DNA of 50,287 nt, taken from positions 1 to 50,287 of the forward strand of contig JAAYQQ010000034.1 in the NCBI GenBank assembly GCA_012519255.1, given 5' to 3'. The notes under the pieces are model-generated. The model saw nothing but the letters and a program-made list of their open reading frames with translations. It made no database searches and was not told the origin of the DNA. A program made the position numbers and the translations under genes. Below, piece after piece: positions 30,464 through 39,737 of this stretch. Every line of letters starts with the position of its first letter. Position 1 is the stretch's first letter. The DNA is from Methanobacteriota archaeon (GTDB lineage: Archaea; Thermoplasmatota; Thermoplasmata; Methanomassiliicoccales; Methanomassiliicoccaceae).

Positions 30464-31165
30464 ATGAAAATCATTGGTTTTATCAAAACATCACTACTTG
30501 ATTGGGATGGTCATGTGGTAGCATCCATATATCTTCCAGGCTGCAACTTCAGGTGTCCCTTTTGCCACAACCCTGATGTGGTCCTTCACCCAGAGACCTT
30601 TGATGAGATTCCCCTAAAAGAGATAGAGGAATTCGTCAGAGACCATGCCGATTTCCTAGACGGGGTGGTGGTGACTGGGGGCGAGCCCACAATTCATAAG
30701 GATCTGCCAGACCTAATTCGTAGTCTCAAATCCCTGGGCGTCAAGGTAAAGCTGGATACCAATGGTTCCAATCCTGACATGCTTAAGGACCTCATAGAGG
30801 CCGGCCTCATCGATTATGTGGCCATGGATCTAAAAGCTCCCCTCAATGAAAAATACGATGAACTCACCGGCATTTCTACCCCTCTAGGTGATATCAAACG
30901 CTCCATTGATATTCTGGAATCATCTGGGATCGACCATGAGTTCCGTACCACCCTTGTACCTATCCTCCTGACGGTTCCCGACGTGGAGGCCATGGCCGCC
31001 TATATTGGCGGGACCAAGAAATACGCGCTGCAACAATTCCGTCCAGGGCGCACTCTAGACCCAAATCTGGAGAAGGTCTCACCTCTTTCCAGCGCAAAGG
31101 TGCGAACCATGGCCGAGAGGGCCAAGCTGTATGTCCGCAAGGTCGTGATCAGAGGAGACTTATAA
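30464..31165 (+). CDS. nrdG: Anaerobic ribonucleotide reductase activating enzyme-like radical SAM protein
   Basis: GCNFRCPFCHNP, VTGGEPT, KLDTNGS, DYVAMDLKAP and EFRTT motifs. Confidence 0.85.
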   Translation: MKIIGFIKTSLLDWDGHVVASIYLPGCNFRCPFCHNPDVVLHPETFDEIPLKEIEEFVRDHADFLDGVVVTGGEPTIHKDLPDLIRSLKSLGVKVKLDTNGSNPDMLKDLIEAGLIDYVAMDLKAPLNEKYDELTGISTPLGDIKRSIDILESSGIDHEFRTTLVPILLTVPDVEAMAAYIGGTKKYALQQFRPGRTLDPNLEKVSPLSSAKVRTMAERAKLYVRKVVIRGDL

Positions 31166-31258
31166 TTATCCATAAGGGGGAGGTCAGCAAACATCTTTTA
31201 GTAGCGGCCCTACAATTCACATTCTAAATTTATTATAGTATATATTGGATGGTTTAGA

Positions 31259-31972
31259 ATGGGGCCCATCGGCAGACTCAAGACCTATATCGAAGGCTAT
31301 GATCACACATTGGAAGGAGGCATTCCCAAGGGCCACATCGTACTCATGGCTGGCACTCCGGGAACCATGAAATCCTCTCTGACCTACTACATCCTTTATA
31401 ATCAGGCCAGGATGGCAGGGGCGACTTGTGTATATGTTACTCTGGAACAATCCCGCAATTCTCTCCTGAAACAAATGGAGAGGATGGGTATGCACACCGA
31501 GGAGGTCAAACACTCCCTTCACGTCCTTGATCTCGGGCTCATCCGCAAGAATCTCAAACACGTGGCCGATGGGAATTCATGGCTACAGGTCTTCAAGGGG
31601 TATTTGACCAGTCTCAAGAATGATATGAATTTCGACATAATCGCCATTGATTCCTTGGGTGTGCTTGAGACGCTCTCGGAGATGTCCAATCGGAGAACAG
31701 ATCTATTCTATTTTTTTGAGTGGTTGAGGGACCTCAACGCCACCGTGTTTCTGGTTTCAGAAGTATCGCCCGATCGGCTGTTTGAGGGCACCTATGATGA
31801 AGGTTATCTCGCTGATGGCATCATAACTCTAAAGATGCAAGTGGTCCGAGAGGTAGAAATTCAAAGGCGCATTCGCTGCGTCAAGATGCGGGAGACCAAT
31901 CAGGACCCTTCCTATTTTTCCCTACTCTATAATCGGGGGCGCTTTCAGGTGACAAGGGCCATTAGCGAGTGA
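31259..31972 (+). CDS. KaiC/RAD55-like RecA-superfamily ATPase
   Basis: GGIP, Walker A GTPGTMKS, YVTLEQ, Walker B IAIDS, YLADGII and VKMR motifs. Confidence 0.88.
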   Translation: MGPIGRLKTYIEGYDHTLEGGIPKGHIVLMAGTPGTMKSSLTYYILYNQARMAGATCVYVTLEQSRNSLLKQMERMGMHTEEVKHSLHVLDLGLIRKNLKHVADGNSWLQVFKGYLTSLKNDMNFDIIAIDSLGVLETLSEMSNRRTDLFYFFEWLRDLNATVFLVSEVSPDRLFEGTYDEGYLADGIITLKMQVVREVEIQRRIRCVKMRETNQDPSYFSLLYNRGRFQVTRAISE

Positions 31973-31982
31973 TGGTGATAAG

Positions 31983-33431
31983 ATGGCCCGCGTATCTGAC
32001 TGTCCACGATGTGGGGCGGGACTAGGTCCCCGCGACCTGCAGTGTTGGAGATGTGGAGAGATGCTACGCTCCCCTGCGACAAGGCCCGCTTCCGCTGCTC
32101 AACCAATATCCTCTAGAATACGCGAGGTAAGTGTTCACGCCATTCCCAAGCCTAAGGCGTCCTCAGCGAGGTCCTGCAGTCTCACTGAGGGGCGGGGAGG
32201 GCGATACAGGGATTCTCAAGAACGGGAGAAGGAGTTGCGTCAGGAAGCAGAGGCGCTGGAGGCGGAGGCAGTGAAACTTGAAGAGTCTACATGCCGCCTC
32301 CATGAAGAAAAGAAAGCGCTCATCGAGAGGCAGCGCCAGCTCGACGTCCGAGAAGATGAGCTGGCTTCATTGGCCCTCGCTCTACAGCCCGCTCTGAAAG
32401 CAGTAGAGGAGTTCTATAGTGGGCCAGAAAAAGGCGCCTACGCGGCAGAGCTTGATGCTTTGCTCGACGCCAGACGAGATCTTTCCCCTGTCCTGGAGCA
32501 GGAGCGCAACCGCATTCGGGAGAAGGTCGAGAGAGATATGGCAGATAAGCTCAATCGCATCTCTCAATTGGAGGATGCGCTTAGGGCTGCCCATGCTCAG
32601 GTCGATGAAACACCGCTGTCAGATACTTCTCCGCCGATAGATATTGATGAGGCGATCCGGCAGATCGCCGAGCAGGCGGACAGGCAAATTGGCGTTGGTC
32701 TGGAATCCAGTCCGGATCCCGATCTATTCAGTACTTACATCGAGAAGCTGGATCAGATTCTTGCTGGAGGAATCCCAGAAGGCAGCATCATTTTGCTAAA
32801 CGGTCCTGCGGGGAGCATGAAGACCTCTCTTGCTTATCAGGTACTTCACCATGCTGCTGCAAGGGACCATATCAAGGGCATGTTTTTCTCTCTAGAACAG
32901 GGTCGCGACACTTTGATACGGCAGATGGAGCGACTAGGCATGAGGCGTAACGATTCACTTGATGATCTAATGGTGGTCGACCTGGTTGAGCTACGTCGAT
33001 CAATGAAAGGCCAGCAGGGGGACTGGCATAGCATCCTCATGAGATATGTGACGAATGTCATGCGGGAGGATCCCTTCCGTCTTTTTGTGCTAGACTCCTT
33101 GGAATCGTTCATGGCCATGTCCGAGCGCATTCTCAGCCGGGGAGAGGTACAGGACCTCTTTGACGGCCTCCGTGAGCTCGGTCTTACTGCGATAGTGATT
33201 TCGGAGACTCCATTAAAGAAGCTAGAAGATGGAGAACATATGGAACTCTACGTTGCCGATGGCGCCATTGAGCTGGCCATGAAGGAGACAAGAAATTTGC
33301 GCGTACAAAGATGGATACGATGCGTAAAGTTGCGAGGCGCCAATATTGATACCTGCTATTATCGTCTTCTCTGTCAGGAGGGGATGTTCTCAATATCTAA
33401 GCCCCTGGCAGAATATTCCTCTGGCATATGA
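31983..33431 (+). CDS. Zn-ribbon / coiled-coil / KaiC-like ATPase fusion
   Basis: N-terminal CPRCG..CWRCG, E/R/A/L-rich coiled coil, then GGIP..GPAGSMKT..VLDS..YVADGAI..VKLRG. Confidence 0.85.
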   Translation: MARVSDCPRCGAGLGPRDLQCWRCGEMLRSPATRPASAAQPISSRIREVSVHAIPKPKASSARSCSLTEGRGGRYRDSQEREKELRQEAEALEAEAVKLEESTCRLHEEKKALIERQRQLDVREDELASLALALQPALKAVEEFYSGPEKGAYAAELDALLDARRDLSPVLEQERNRIREKVERDMADKLNRISQLEDALRAAHAQVDETPLSDTSPPIDIDEAIRQIAEQADRQIGVGLESSPDPDLFSTYIEKLDQILAGGIPEGSIILLNGPAGSMKTSLAYQVLHHAAARDHIKGMFFSLEQGRDTLIRQMERLGMRRNDSLDDLMVVDLVELRRSMKGQQGDWHSILMRYVTNVMREDPFRLFVLDSLESFMAMSERILSRGEVQDLFDGLRELGLTAIVISETPLKKLEDGEHMELYVADGAIELAMKETRNLRVQRWIRCVKLRGANIDTCYYRLLCQEGMFSISKPLAEYSSGI

Positions 33432-33494
33432 ATATAAATGGACAGAAAGGAATTAAATAATCTCAGGTCATCCCGTTCCGAGAGGTATCAGATT

Positions 33495-34208
33495 TTGCAG
33501 ATCGAGCGCGTGAGGACTCACATTCAGAATTTTGACGAGAATATATAAGGAGGGATCCCCAAGAATCAGGTCGTACTGATATCGGGCACCCCTGGCACTA
33601 TGAAATCCTCCGTTGCTTACAGCGTTCTTTATCACAATGCGCTGGAGAATGGTACCAAGTCAGTGTACATGACTCTCGAGCAGTCTCGAGATAACCTGCT
33701 CCAACAGATGAAGTCATTGGGCATGTGTGACGAGAAAGTTGAGAATTGCATTCAGGTACTTGACCTGGGGCTCATCCGAAAGTCCCTTACTCAGCTCAGT
33801 GCCAAGGGGACGTGGATGCAGGTCTTCAAAATGTATGCCAACAATCTCAAAAAAAGCTTTGATTATGATCTTCTAGTAGTGGACTCACTGGACGTGCTGG
33901 AGATGGCTGCACAGATGGGAGAGAACCGCCGTGCCGAGTTATTCTATCTCTTTGAGTGGTTGCGCAATCTCAATGTAACTTCACTGCTGATCTCTGAGAC
34001 GGCCCCAGACAATATGTTCGATAGGCGCTTCGAAGAAGGATATCTCGCCGATGGCATCATCGCCTTAAAGCTCAAAGAGATCGGCGAGACCGATATTCAG
34101 AGGCGTATACGTTGTGTCAAGCTCCGCTCTACAAATCATAAGACTGGCTATTTTTCACTGCTCTTTGCAGATGGTAGGTTCCGTGCTACTCAGGTTATCA
34201 CTGAGTGA
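33495..34208 (+). pseudogene. KaiC/RAD55-like ATPase interrupted by an in-frame TAA (33546-33548)
   Basis: GAGGT RBS, then TTG start: MQIERVRTHIQNFDENI*GGIPKNQVVLISGTPGTMKS..., in frame with the 33600 ORF and colinear with the 31259 paralogue. Confidence 0.75.
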
Positions 34209-34601
34209 TCAGGAGAAGCTAGTCAGCCTAGTGCCAGTCTCCTCGCTTACCATGGACATTTGGCGGCAGATGTCGGCACATTCGCGGCACTTCTGAGCAC
34301 AAGCGATCATCGCCTCATCATTTGGGAACATTTCGCAGCTCTCAGCGCAGGAGATGCAGATGTCAGCGCACAGCCGGCAGATGCGCCTCATGAAGTTAGA
34401 GTTGCGCAACATGCCATCCTCACTCATCTTGCAGATGTCGGCGCAGTCCTGCATGAGGGTGATGTGCTTTGGCCCAGCATGCTTAGCTCCTAATCGGAGA
34501 CAGTAGGCAATAGTCTCAACACAGATCCCATGACAGTCTTGACAGTTCTCGATGCAACGCTCTACGATGCTCTCTCTCTGCATAACGGTGGTTCTGGTCA
34601 T
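34209..34601 (-). CDS. Cys-rich four-helix-bundle copper storage protein-like (Csp3/DUF326)
   Basis: 16 Cys in CxxxC/CxxC helical repeats (DCADIC, CADICISCAESC, CAQKCRECADIC); no signal peptide. Confidence 0.85.
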   Translation of the reverse strand: MTRTTVMQRESIVERCIENCQDCHGICVETIAYCLRLGAKHAGPKHITLMQDCADICKMSEDGMLRNSNFMRRICRLCADICISCAESCEMFPNDEAMIACAQKCRECADICRQMSMVSEETGTRLTSFS

Positions 34602-34679
34602 GTTCTCCTCAATTCTCTCTTGAAATCGGCCCCTATATGAGATTAGCTAAGAAAGAGGGGAGCAGATCTTGCTCCGCCT

Positions 34680-35138
34680 TTACTTAATGCCGATCTTTCG
34701 CTTTTTCTTAGCGGCTTGCTCTCTTTTTGGAAGTATCACGGTCAGCACGCCGTTCTCAAGTTTCGCCCCAATCTTTTCCTGATCTACGTCTTCAGGAATG
34801 GGCACTCGCCGATAGAATGACATATGGCCGCGCTCTCTGCGGATATATCCCTCGCCCTTCTCCTCAACACCCTTCTCCGTCTGGGCTTCAAGATATATCA
34901 CGTCATCTCCGACCTCGATTTCGACATCTTCCCTGGCGACTCCTGGCAATTCGGCCTCCACGACATACTGCTTCTTCTCATCCCTGATATCCATTATAGG
35001 CATCCGAGCAGAGGGGTACATCGCGTCGTCGAAACCCATACGGAAGCTGTCAAACGCCCTCTCCATCTCTCGTAGGATGCTGAAAGGGTTCCAATAGTCT
35101 ACTGGCACCATATTCATGTCTCTTCTTCGTCTATTCAT
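34680..35138 (-). CDS. hsp20: Small heat-shock protein (Hsp20)
   Basis: AELPGV, F.RR.PIP, AKLENGVLTVILPK and C-terminal IxI motifs; GAGGTG RBS before ATG 35138. Confidence 0.93.
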   Translation of the reverse strand: MNRRRRDMNMVPVDYWNPFSILREMERAFDSFRMGFDDAMYPSARMPIMDIRDEKKQYVVEAELPGVAREDVEIEVGDDVIYLEAQTEKGVEEKGEGYIRRERGHMSFYRRVPIPEDVDQEKIGAKLENGVLTVILPKREQAAKKKRKIGIK

Positions 35139-35161
35139 TTTACACCTCTCATTAATTGTAT

Positions 35162-35206
35162 AACTAATAGTTTGCAAATTTCAACTATACAACTACTAGT
35201 TTACAA
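35162..35206. promoter_or_regulatory. Tandem palindromic putative operator upstream of hsp20
   Basis: AACTAATAGTTTGCAA (35162) and AACTACTAGTTTACAA (35191): two copies of AACTA-N-TAGTT, 29 nt apart. Confidence 0.5.
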
Positions 35207-35381
35207 CTTGCATATCCATCATATGTTTGAGCATCTACATATATTTTTCGTAGCTTCGATACATATAATTTTGCCAACCAATGCTATATAATCATTCTCA
35301 CATATTCCACACTCTCTGGCTATGTATGGAGAGGCCGCAATGTCCAAACTTTAATATAGGTTCATTTGGTTCAGCCGCTAC

Positions 35382-35454
35382 GGGCTCATGGTCTAGTGGT
35401 TATGACGTCTCCCTCACACGGAGAAGATCGCCGGTTCGAATCCGGCTGAGCCCA
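35382..35454 (+). tRNA. tRNA-Val(CAC)
   Basis: GGGCTCA/TGAGCCC acceptor stem, TCTCC-CTCACAC-GGAGA anticodon arm, GCCGG-TTCGAAT-CCGGC T arm. No intron, CCA not encoded, TATA-like TTTAATA about 30 nt upstream. Confidence 0.96.
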
Positions 35455-36166
35455 CTCACCATCATAGAATAATTAGACACATATCATGGATACGTTCGAA
35501 CCCATGATGGGGCCAGCCAACTTTTCATTCATCTTCTTTCCTTGCCTAATCTATACATTTCATACACTCTGCACCCACTAACACACGTGCCCGAACCTGC
35601 AAATCCATCAATGTTTAAGCTCATTCATAATGGAACAGGGGGCTCATCTTCCTTGATGAAGGGTGGTCTTGAAGGGGGCGAATATGGATATACTCCTGGA
35701 AGGCAGGCGCGTAGGCTGGAGGATATGGTCTCCACCAGACACTTCAGCAGGGATGAAGTGCGTAATTATCTCTGATAACGGATTTCTGGAAATTCATCCG
35801 GCCCCATTACCTGAACAAAATAATATGGCCTGACACTTGCAATCAAATGATGTTCAGAAATCGATACCCTAATGGGCCATGTTCGTTATTGATAGATTCT
35901 CATATTATTATCTAATGACTCTATAGATGCGGAGCGGGATCTCGGCGAACGCTATATCTACGCTAAATCTATAGCGCTCTCACGTCACAGAGGCAATTTT
36001 GACGGAACAGATATGATTGTCCGTAAAAATATTACATAAAAAGATTATTTAATAATAATTCGGCATATCCTTTTAAGAGGCATTGATATTAACACCCTAT
36101 AGCCAGATGAGCCAGTATCAACACGTTTGGCCAATGTATTTATAGAGGCTTACTATTCTCGCTTCA

Positions 36167-36526
36167 ATGCTCTTGGACACCTATTTGCCAATAGCAATCT
36201 ACGTCGTGATTGCCCTATTCGTCCCCATTTTTGCATTCTGGCTCAATAAGCTATTTAGGCCTGCCAGAGAGACTGCATTAAAGGAGACGACTTATGAGTG
36301 CGGAGAGGTACCGATAGGTGAAGCCCGGATCCAATTTCATTTCCAATTCTATATGTACGCGATTATTTTTGTCGCCTTTGATGTTATTACTATTTTCTTA
36401 TTGATCTGGGCGTTGAACTTTGACGGCCTTACCATAGACGCGAAAGTTCTGATGCTATCGTTCTTCGCACTACTGCTGGTCGGGGTGTTCTACGCCCTGA
36501 AGAAGGAGGAAAAGATATGGATTTGA
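36167..36526 (+). CDS. fpoA: Fpo-like complex subunit A (NuoA)
   Basis: TYECGE and [10 protein letters not shown] motifs, three TM segments. Confidence 0.93.
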   Translation: MLLDTYLPIAIYVVIALFVPIFAFWLNKLFRPARETALKETTYECGEVPIGEARIQFHFQFYMYAIIFVAFDVITIFLLIWALNFDGLTIDAKVLMLSFFALLLVGVFYALKKEEKIWI

Positions 36527-37080
36527 GCCTCTACCCTCAAGCCATGGCCATGAGTGCCAAGGAATTCGTTGATTGGTCCCGTGGCGTTATGGATGATCTT
36601 GCCCGTACTACCGGTGTCAAGAAGGCTGTAGATAAGATTGCGGACCCTTTCATTAATTGGGGAGTGAGGAACTCGATATATCCGCTTCACTTTGGGATCG
36701 CTTGTTGCGCCCTGGAGATGGCAGCGTGTTCTAGTCCCCGTTATGATAATGAGAGACTCGGGATGGTCTTTCGGTCCTCGCCCAGGCAGACTGATGTACT
36801 GCTAGTGAATGGATGGGTCACCCACAAATTAAGACCTGCCCTTCGCCGTCTGTATGAGCAGATGCCTGAGCCCAAGTGGGTCATAGCAATGGGCGAATGC
36901 GCCATAAGTGGCGGACCATGGTATGATTCCTACAATACCGTGCAAGGAGTGGACTCCTTCATACCCGTTGACGTTTACATCCCCGGGTGCCCCCCTCGAC
37001 CGGAGGCAATGATTGACGGTTTCCTAAAGCTGCATACGAAGATAAAGAACTCCAAGATCGGCACGTTCATGGATGACTGA
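36517..37080 (+). CDS. fpoB: Fpo-like complex subunit B (NuoB)
   Basis: [26 protein letters not shown] and [10 protein letters not shown] motifs. Confidence 0.95.
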   Translation: MDLSLYPQAMAMSAKEFVDWSRGVMDDLARTTGVKKAVDKIADPFINWGVRNSIYPLHFGIACCALEMAACSSPRYDNERLGMVFRSSPRQTDVLLVNGWVTHKLRPALRRLYEQMPEPKWVIAMGECAISGGPWYDSYNTVQGVDSFIPVDVYIPGCPPRPEAMIDGFLKLHTKIKNSKIGTFMDD

Positions 37081-37555
37081 GGTGAGATACTTGGAAGAAA
37101 ATACTATTTACACAGTTGAGCAAGTGAAGGACAGGATAGCTCAAGAATTCCCTACTGAGGTAAAATTCGACACCAAGGTCAAACCTCGCCGGTTATTCAT
37201 GAGTGCAGATAAGGAAATCCTGTTCAAATTGTGCACACTGTTGAAGGATCAGTTAGGTTTCGACCATTGCAGCCTTGTGAGTGGAGTGGATTGGACCGAC
37301 CGTTTCCAGACTGTTTATCACATCTCCTCGTTTTCCAATAATATCACTGTCGAGATTGTGGTGGATCTACCACATGACAATCCTGAGGTCGATTCGATCA
37401 CTCCCTTATGGGGAGGCGCCAACTGGCACGAGAGAGAGACCTACGATATGTTCGGCATCATTTTCAAAGGACATCCTAATCTGAAGAGACTTCTGCTTCC
37501 GGAAGACTACACTTTCTTCCCGTTGCGGAAGGACTTCGAGGTAGGAGGACTGTAA
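37073..37555 (+). CDS. fpoC: Fpo-like complex subunit C (NuoC)
   Basis: [18 protein letters not shown] and PLRKDF motifs. Confidence 0.95.
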   Translation: MTEVRYLEENTIYTVEQVKDRIAQEFPTEVKFDTKVKPRRLFMSADKEILFKLCTLLKDQLGFDHCSLVSGVDWTDRFQTVYHISSFSNNITVEIVVDLPHDNPEVDSITPLWGGANWHERETYDMFGIIFKGHPNLKRLLLPEDYTFFPLRKDFEVGGL

Positions 37556-37556
37556 G

Positions 37557-38642
37557 ATGGCAGAGATGTGGATTAATATGGGTCCTCAGCACCCCATGAC
37601 TCACGGTCTATGGAATCTGAGGATCAAGGTCGATGGTGAGATCATTGTCGATTCTGAGCCAGTCATCGGCTACCTGCATCGCGGATGGGAGAAGATGGTT
37701 GAGGATCGTCTCTACCCCCAGATCATTCCCATGGCAGATAGGCTGTGCTACGGTTCTTCCTTTTCATGGAGTCACGTGTACTGCATGGCTGTTGAAGACC
37801 TGATGGGAATAGAAGTCCCCGAGCGGGCTCAATATATCAGGGCAATGTCTGACGAGCTGCAGAGGATCGGTAATCACCTCATGTGGCTGGGGGCGATTGG
37901 CCCTGACCTTGGAAATCTCACTATATTCCTTTACGCTCTCAGGGAAAGGGAGCTGTTCCTAGACCTGTTCACAAGCTTGTGCGGCGCTAGGATGACTTAC
38001 AACTACTGCAGGATCGGCGGAGTTAGGAACGGGCCCCCACCAAACTGGGAGCGGGACCTGGTCAGGACACTAGATTACTTCGAAAAGAGAATGGATGAGT
38101 ACGAAGATCTGGTCGACCGCAACGCACTATTCCGTATGAGGATGGAAGGACTCTCCTATCTCTCAGGCAAAGAGGCCGTAAATCTAGGTGTCACTGGCCC
38201 GAGCCTCAGAGGAAGCGGGGTGAAGTACGATATCCGTCACAACGATCCTTATGAGATCTATGACGAGCTCGACTGGCATATGTGTGTCAGAGACGAGGGC
38301 GACGTGTATGCGCGTTACCGCGTACGTATGGACGAGATGAGAATGTCCGTTCAGATCGTTAGAGATATTCTGAAGAAGATGCCCAAGTCAGGACCTATAC
38401 GGGTCAAACCACCACGCGAAGCCCCAGTCGGGACAGGCATGGCAAGGATAGAAGACCCTCGAGGAGAGAGTCTTATGTACGTCGTAGGGGACGGAACTGA
38501 CAAGCCTTACCGTCTCAGTGTTAGGAGTCCCTTATTCGTTATCCTCTCGGCGGCCCCAGCGATGCTTAATGGGAATAGGATCGCCGACGTCCCATCCATT
38601 ATGGGGATGCTAGATGTCTGCATGGGCGAGACGGATCGGTGA
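37557..38642 (+). CDS. fpoD: Fpo-like complex subunit D (NuoD)
   Basis: NMGPQHPMTHG, GYLHRG and EDPRGE motifs, C-terminal GETDR. Confidence 0.95.
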   Translation: MAEMWINMGPQHPMTHGLWNLRIKVDGEIIVDSEPVIGYLHRGWEKMVEDRLYPQIIPMADRLCYGSSFSWSHVYCMAVEDLMGIEVPERAQYIRAMSDELQRIGNHLMWLGAIGPDLGNLTIFLYALRERELFLDLFTSLCGARMTYNYCRIGGVRNGPPPNWERDLVRTLDYFEKRMDEYEDLVDRNALFRMRMEGLSYLSGKEAVNLGVTGPSLRGSGVKYDIRHNDPYEIYDELDWHMCVRDEGDVYARYRVRMDEMRMSVQIVRDILKKMPKSGPIRVKPPREAPVGTGMARIEDPRGESLMYVVGDGTDKPYRLSVRSPLFVILSAAPAMLNGNRIADVPSIMGMLDVCMGETDR

Positions 38643-39736
38643 TCTCAATGTATTTGGATCTATGGCAATTAACAGAAGATCTCACTCATTGGTTGCTAGT
38701 AGATGTCCTCGGAGCCTTCTTTGGATGGCTGGGATGTCACGGCATCGAGGGGTGGTTGGGAAGTGAAAATGTATTACTTGTCACAACCATCCTGATCGTT
38801 GCATTAATAGTACTCATCGTCGGGATGCTTGTATCCATCACGCTCATTTGGCAAGAGCGTAAGATGCTAGGGCGACTAATGGATCGTCGCGGTACTATGG
38901 TGGGGCCGATAGGTCTCTTTCAGAACTTTGCTGATGCGTTCAAGGTCTTAATCAAGGAACACATCGTACCAAAGGCGGCGGATTCGTTGGTATACCATGT
39001 CTCCCCCGTCCTAATTATCGGCGTGTCCATCTGCATGTTCGTCACAATACCATATAGTCCTGGCTTCTACATGTCGGATCCCGACCTCGGTGTGATACTC
39101 ACTTTCGCGCTTTTCGGCATAATTCCATTCGCAGTTATGCTGGGCGCGTGGGCGTCTAACAACAAATATTCCCTAATTGGCGGTATGCGTGCGGGTGCCC
39201 AGCTCATCGCGTATGAGGTTCCTTTACTCCTCTCCGTAGTCGGAGTAGTTATCTTGACTGGGAGTCTGAACTTCTTTGAAATAGTGCAGTATCAGCAGGA
39301 CAACATCTGGCTGATCGTGCCCATGATTCTCGGCTTCTTTGTGTTCCTAGTATCGATGGTTGCCGAGTTGGAAAGAACCCCATTCGACCTTCCAGAGGCC
39401 GAGGCCGAGTTGGTTGAAGGTTGGGGGACCGAGTACGGCGGCATGAGGTTCGGACTTCTCATGATGTCTGAATATGTCCGAGGATTCGTCGGTGCTTCCA
39501 TAGCCACTCTGCTATTCCTGGGAGGTTGGGATGGACCATTCCTCGACGTTGTTCCAGAAGGACTATGGTTCTTGCTGAAGATGTTCATCGTGTTTGGAAT
39601 AATTATCTGGATGCGAGGGGCCATGCCTAGGATCCGGACTGACCAGATTCTAAACATGGGTTGGAAGAGATTGTTGCCTCTGGCGGCGGTCAACGTCTTC
39701 ATTGCTATAATCTTCAAGACAATGGGGTGGTTCTAA
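38639..39736 (+). CDS. fpoH: Fpo-like complex subunit H (NuoH)
   Basis: ERK...DRRG, WASNNKYSLIG and RTPFDLPEAEAELVEG motifs. Confidence 0.95.
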   Translation: MISMYLDLWQLTEDLTHWLLVDVLGAFFGWLGCHGIEGWLGSENVLLVTTILIVALIVLIVGMLVSITLIWQERKMLGRLMDRRGTMVGPIGLFQNFADAFKVLIKEHIVPKAADSLVYHVSPVLIIGVSICMFVTIPYSPGFYMSDPDLGVILTFALFGIIPFAVMLGAWASNNKYSLIGGMRAGAQLIAYEVPLLLSVVGVVILTGSLNFFEIVQYQQDNIWLIVPMILGFFVFLVSMVAELERTPFDLPEAEAELVEGWGTEYGGMRFGLLMMSEYVRGFVGASIATLLFLGGWDGPFLDVVPEGLWFLLKMFIVFGIIIWMRGAMPRIRTDQILNMGWKRLLPLAAVNVFIAIIFKTMGWF

Positions 39737-39737
39737 G

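Noticed and set aside
33546-33548. TAA in the third KaiC-like gene as programmed recoding
   Set aside because: Pyl uses UAG and Sec uses UGA. TAA is a common true stop throughout the window, so mutation or error is more parsimonious.
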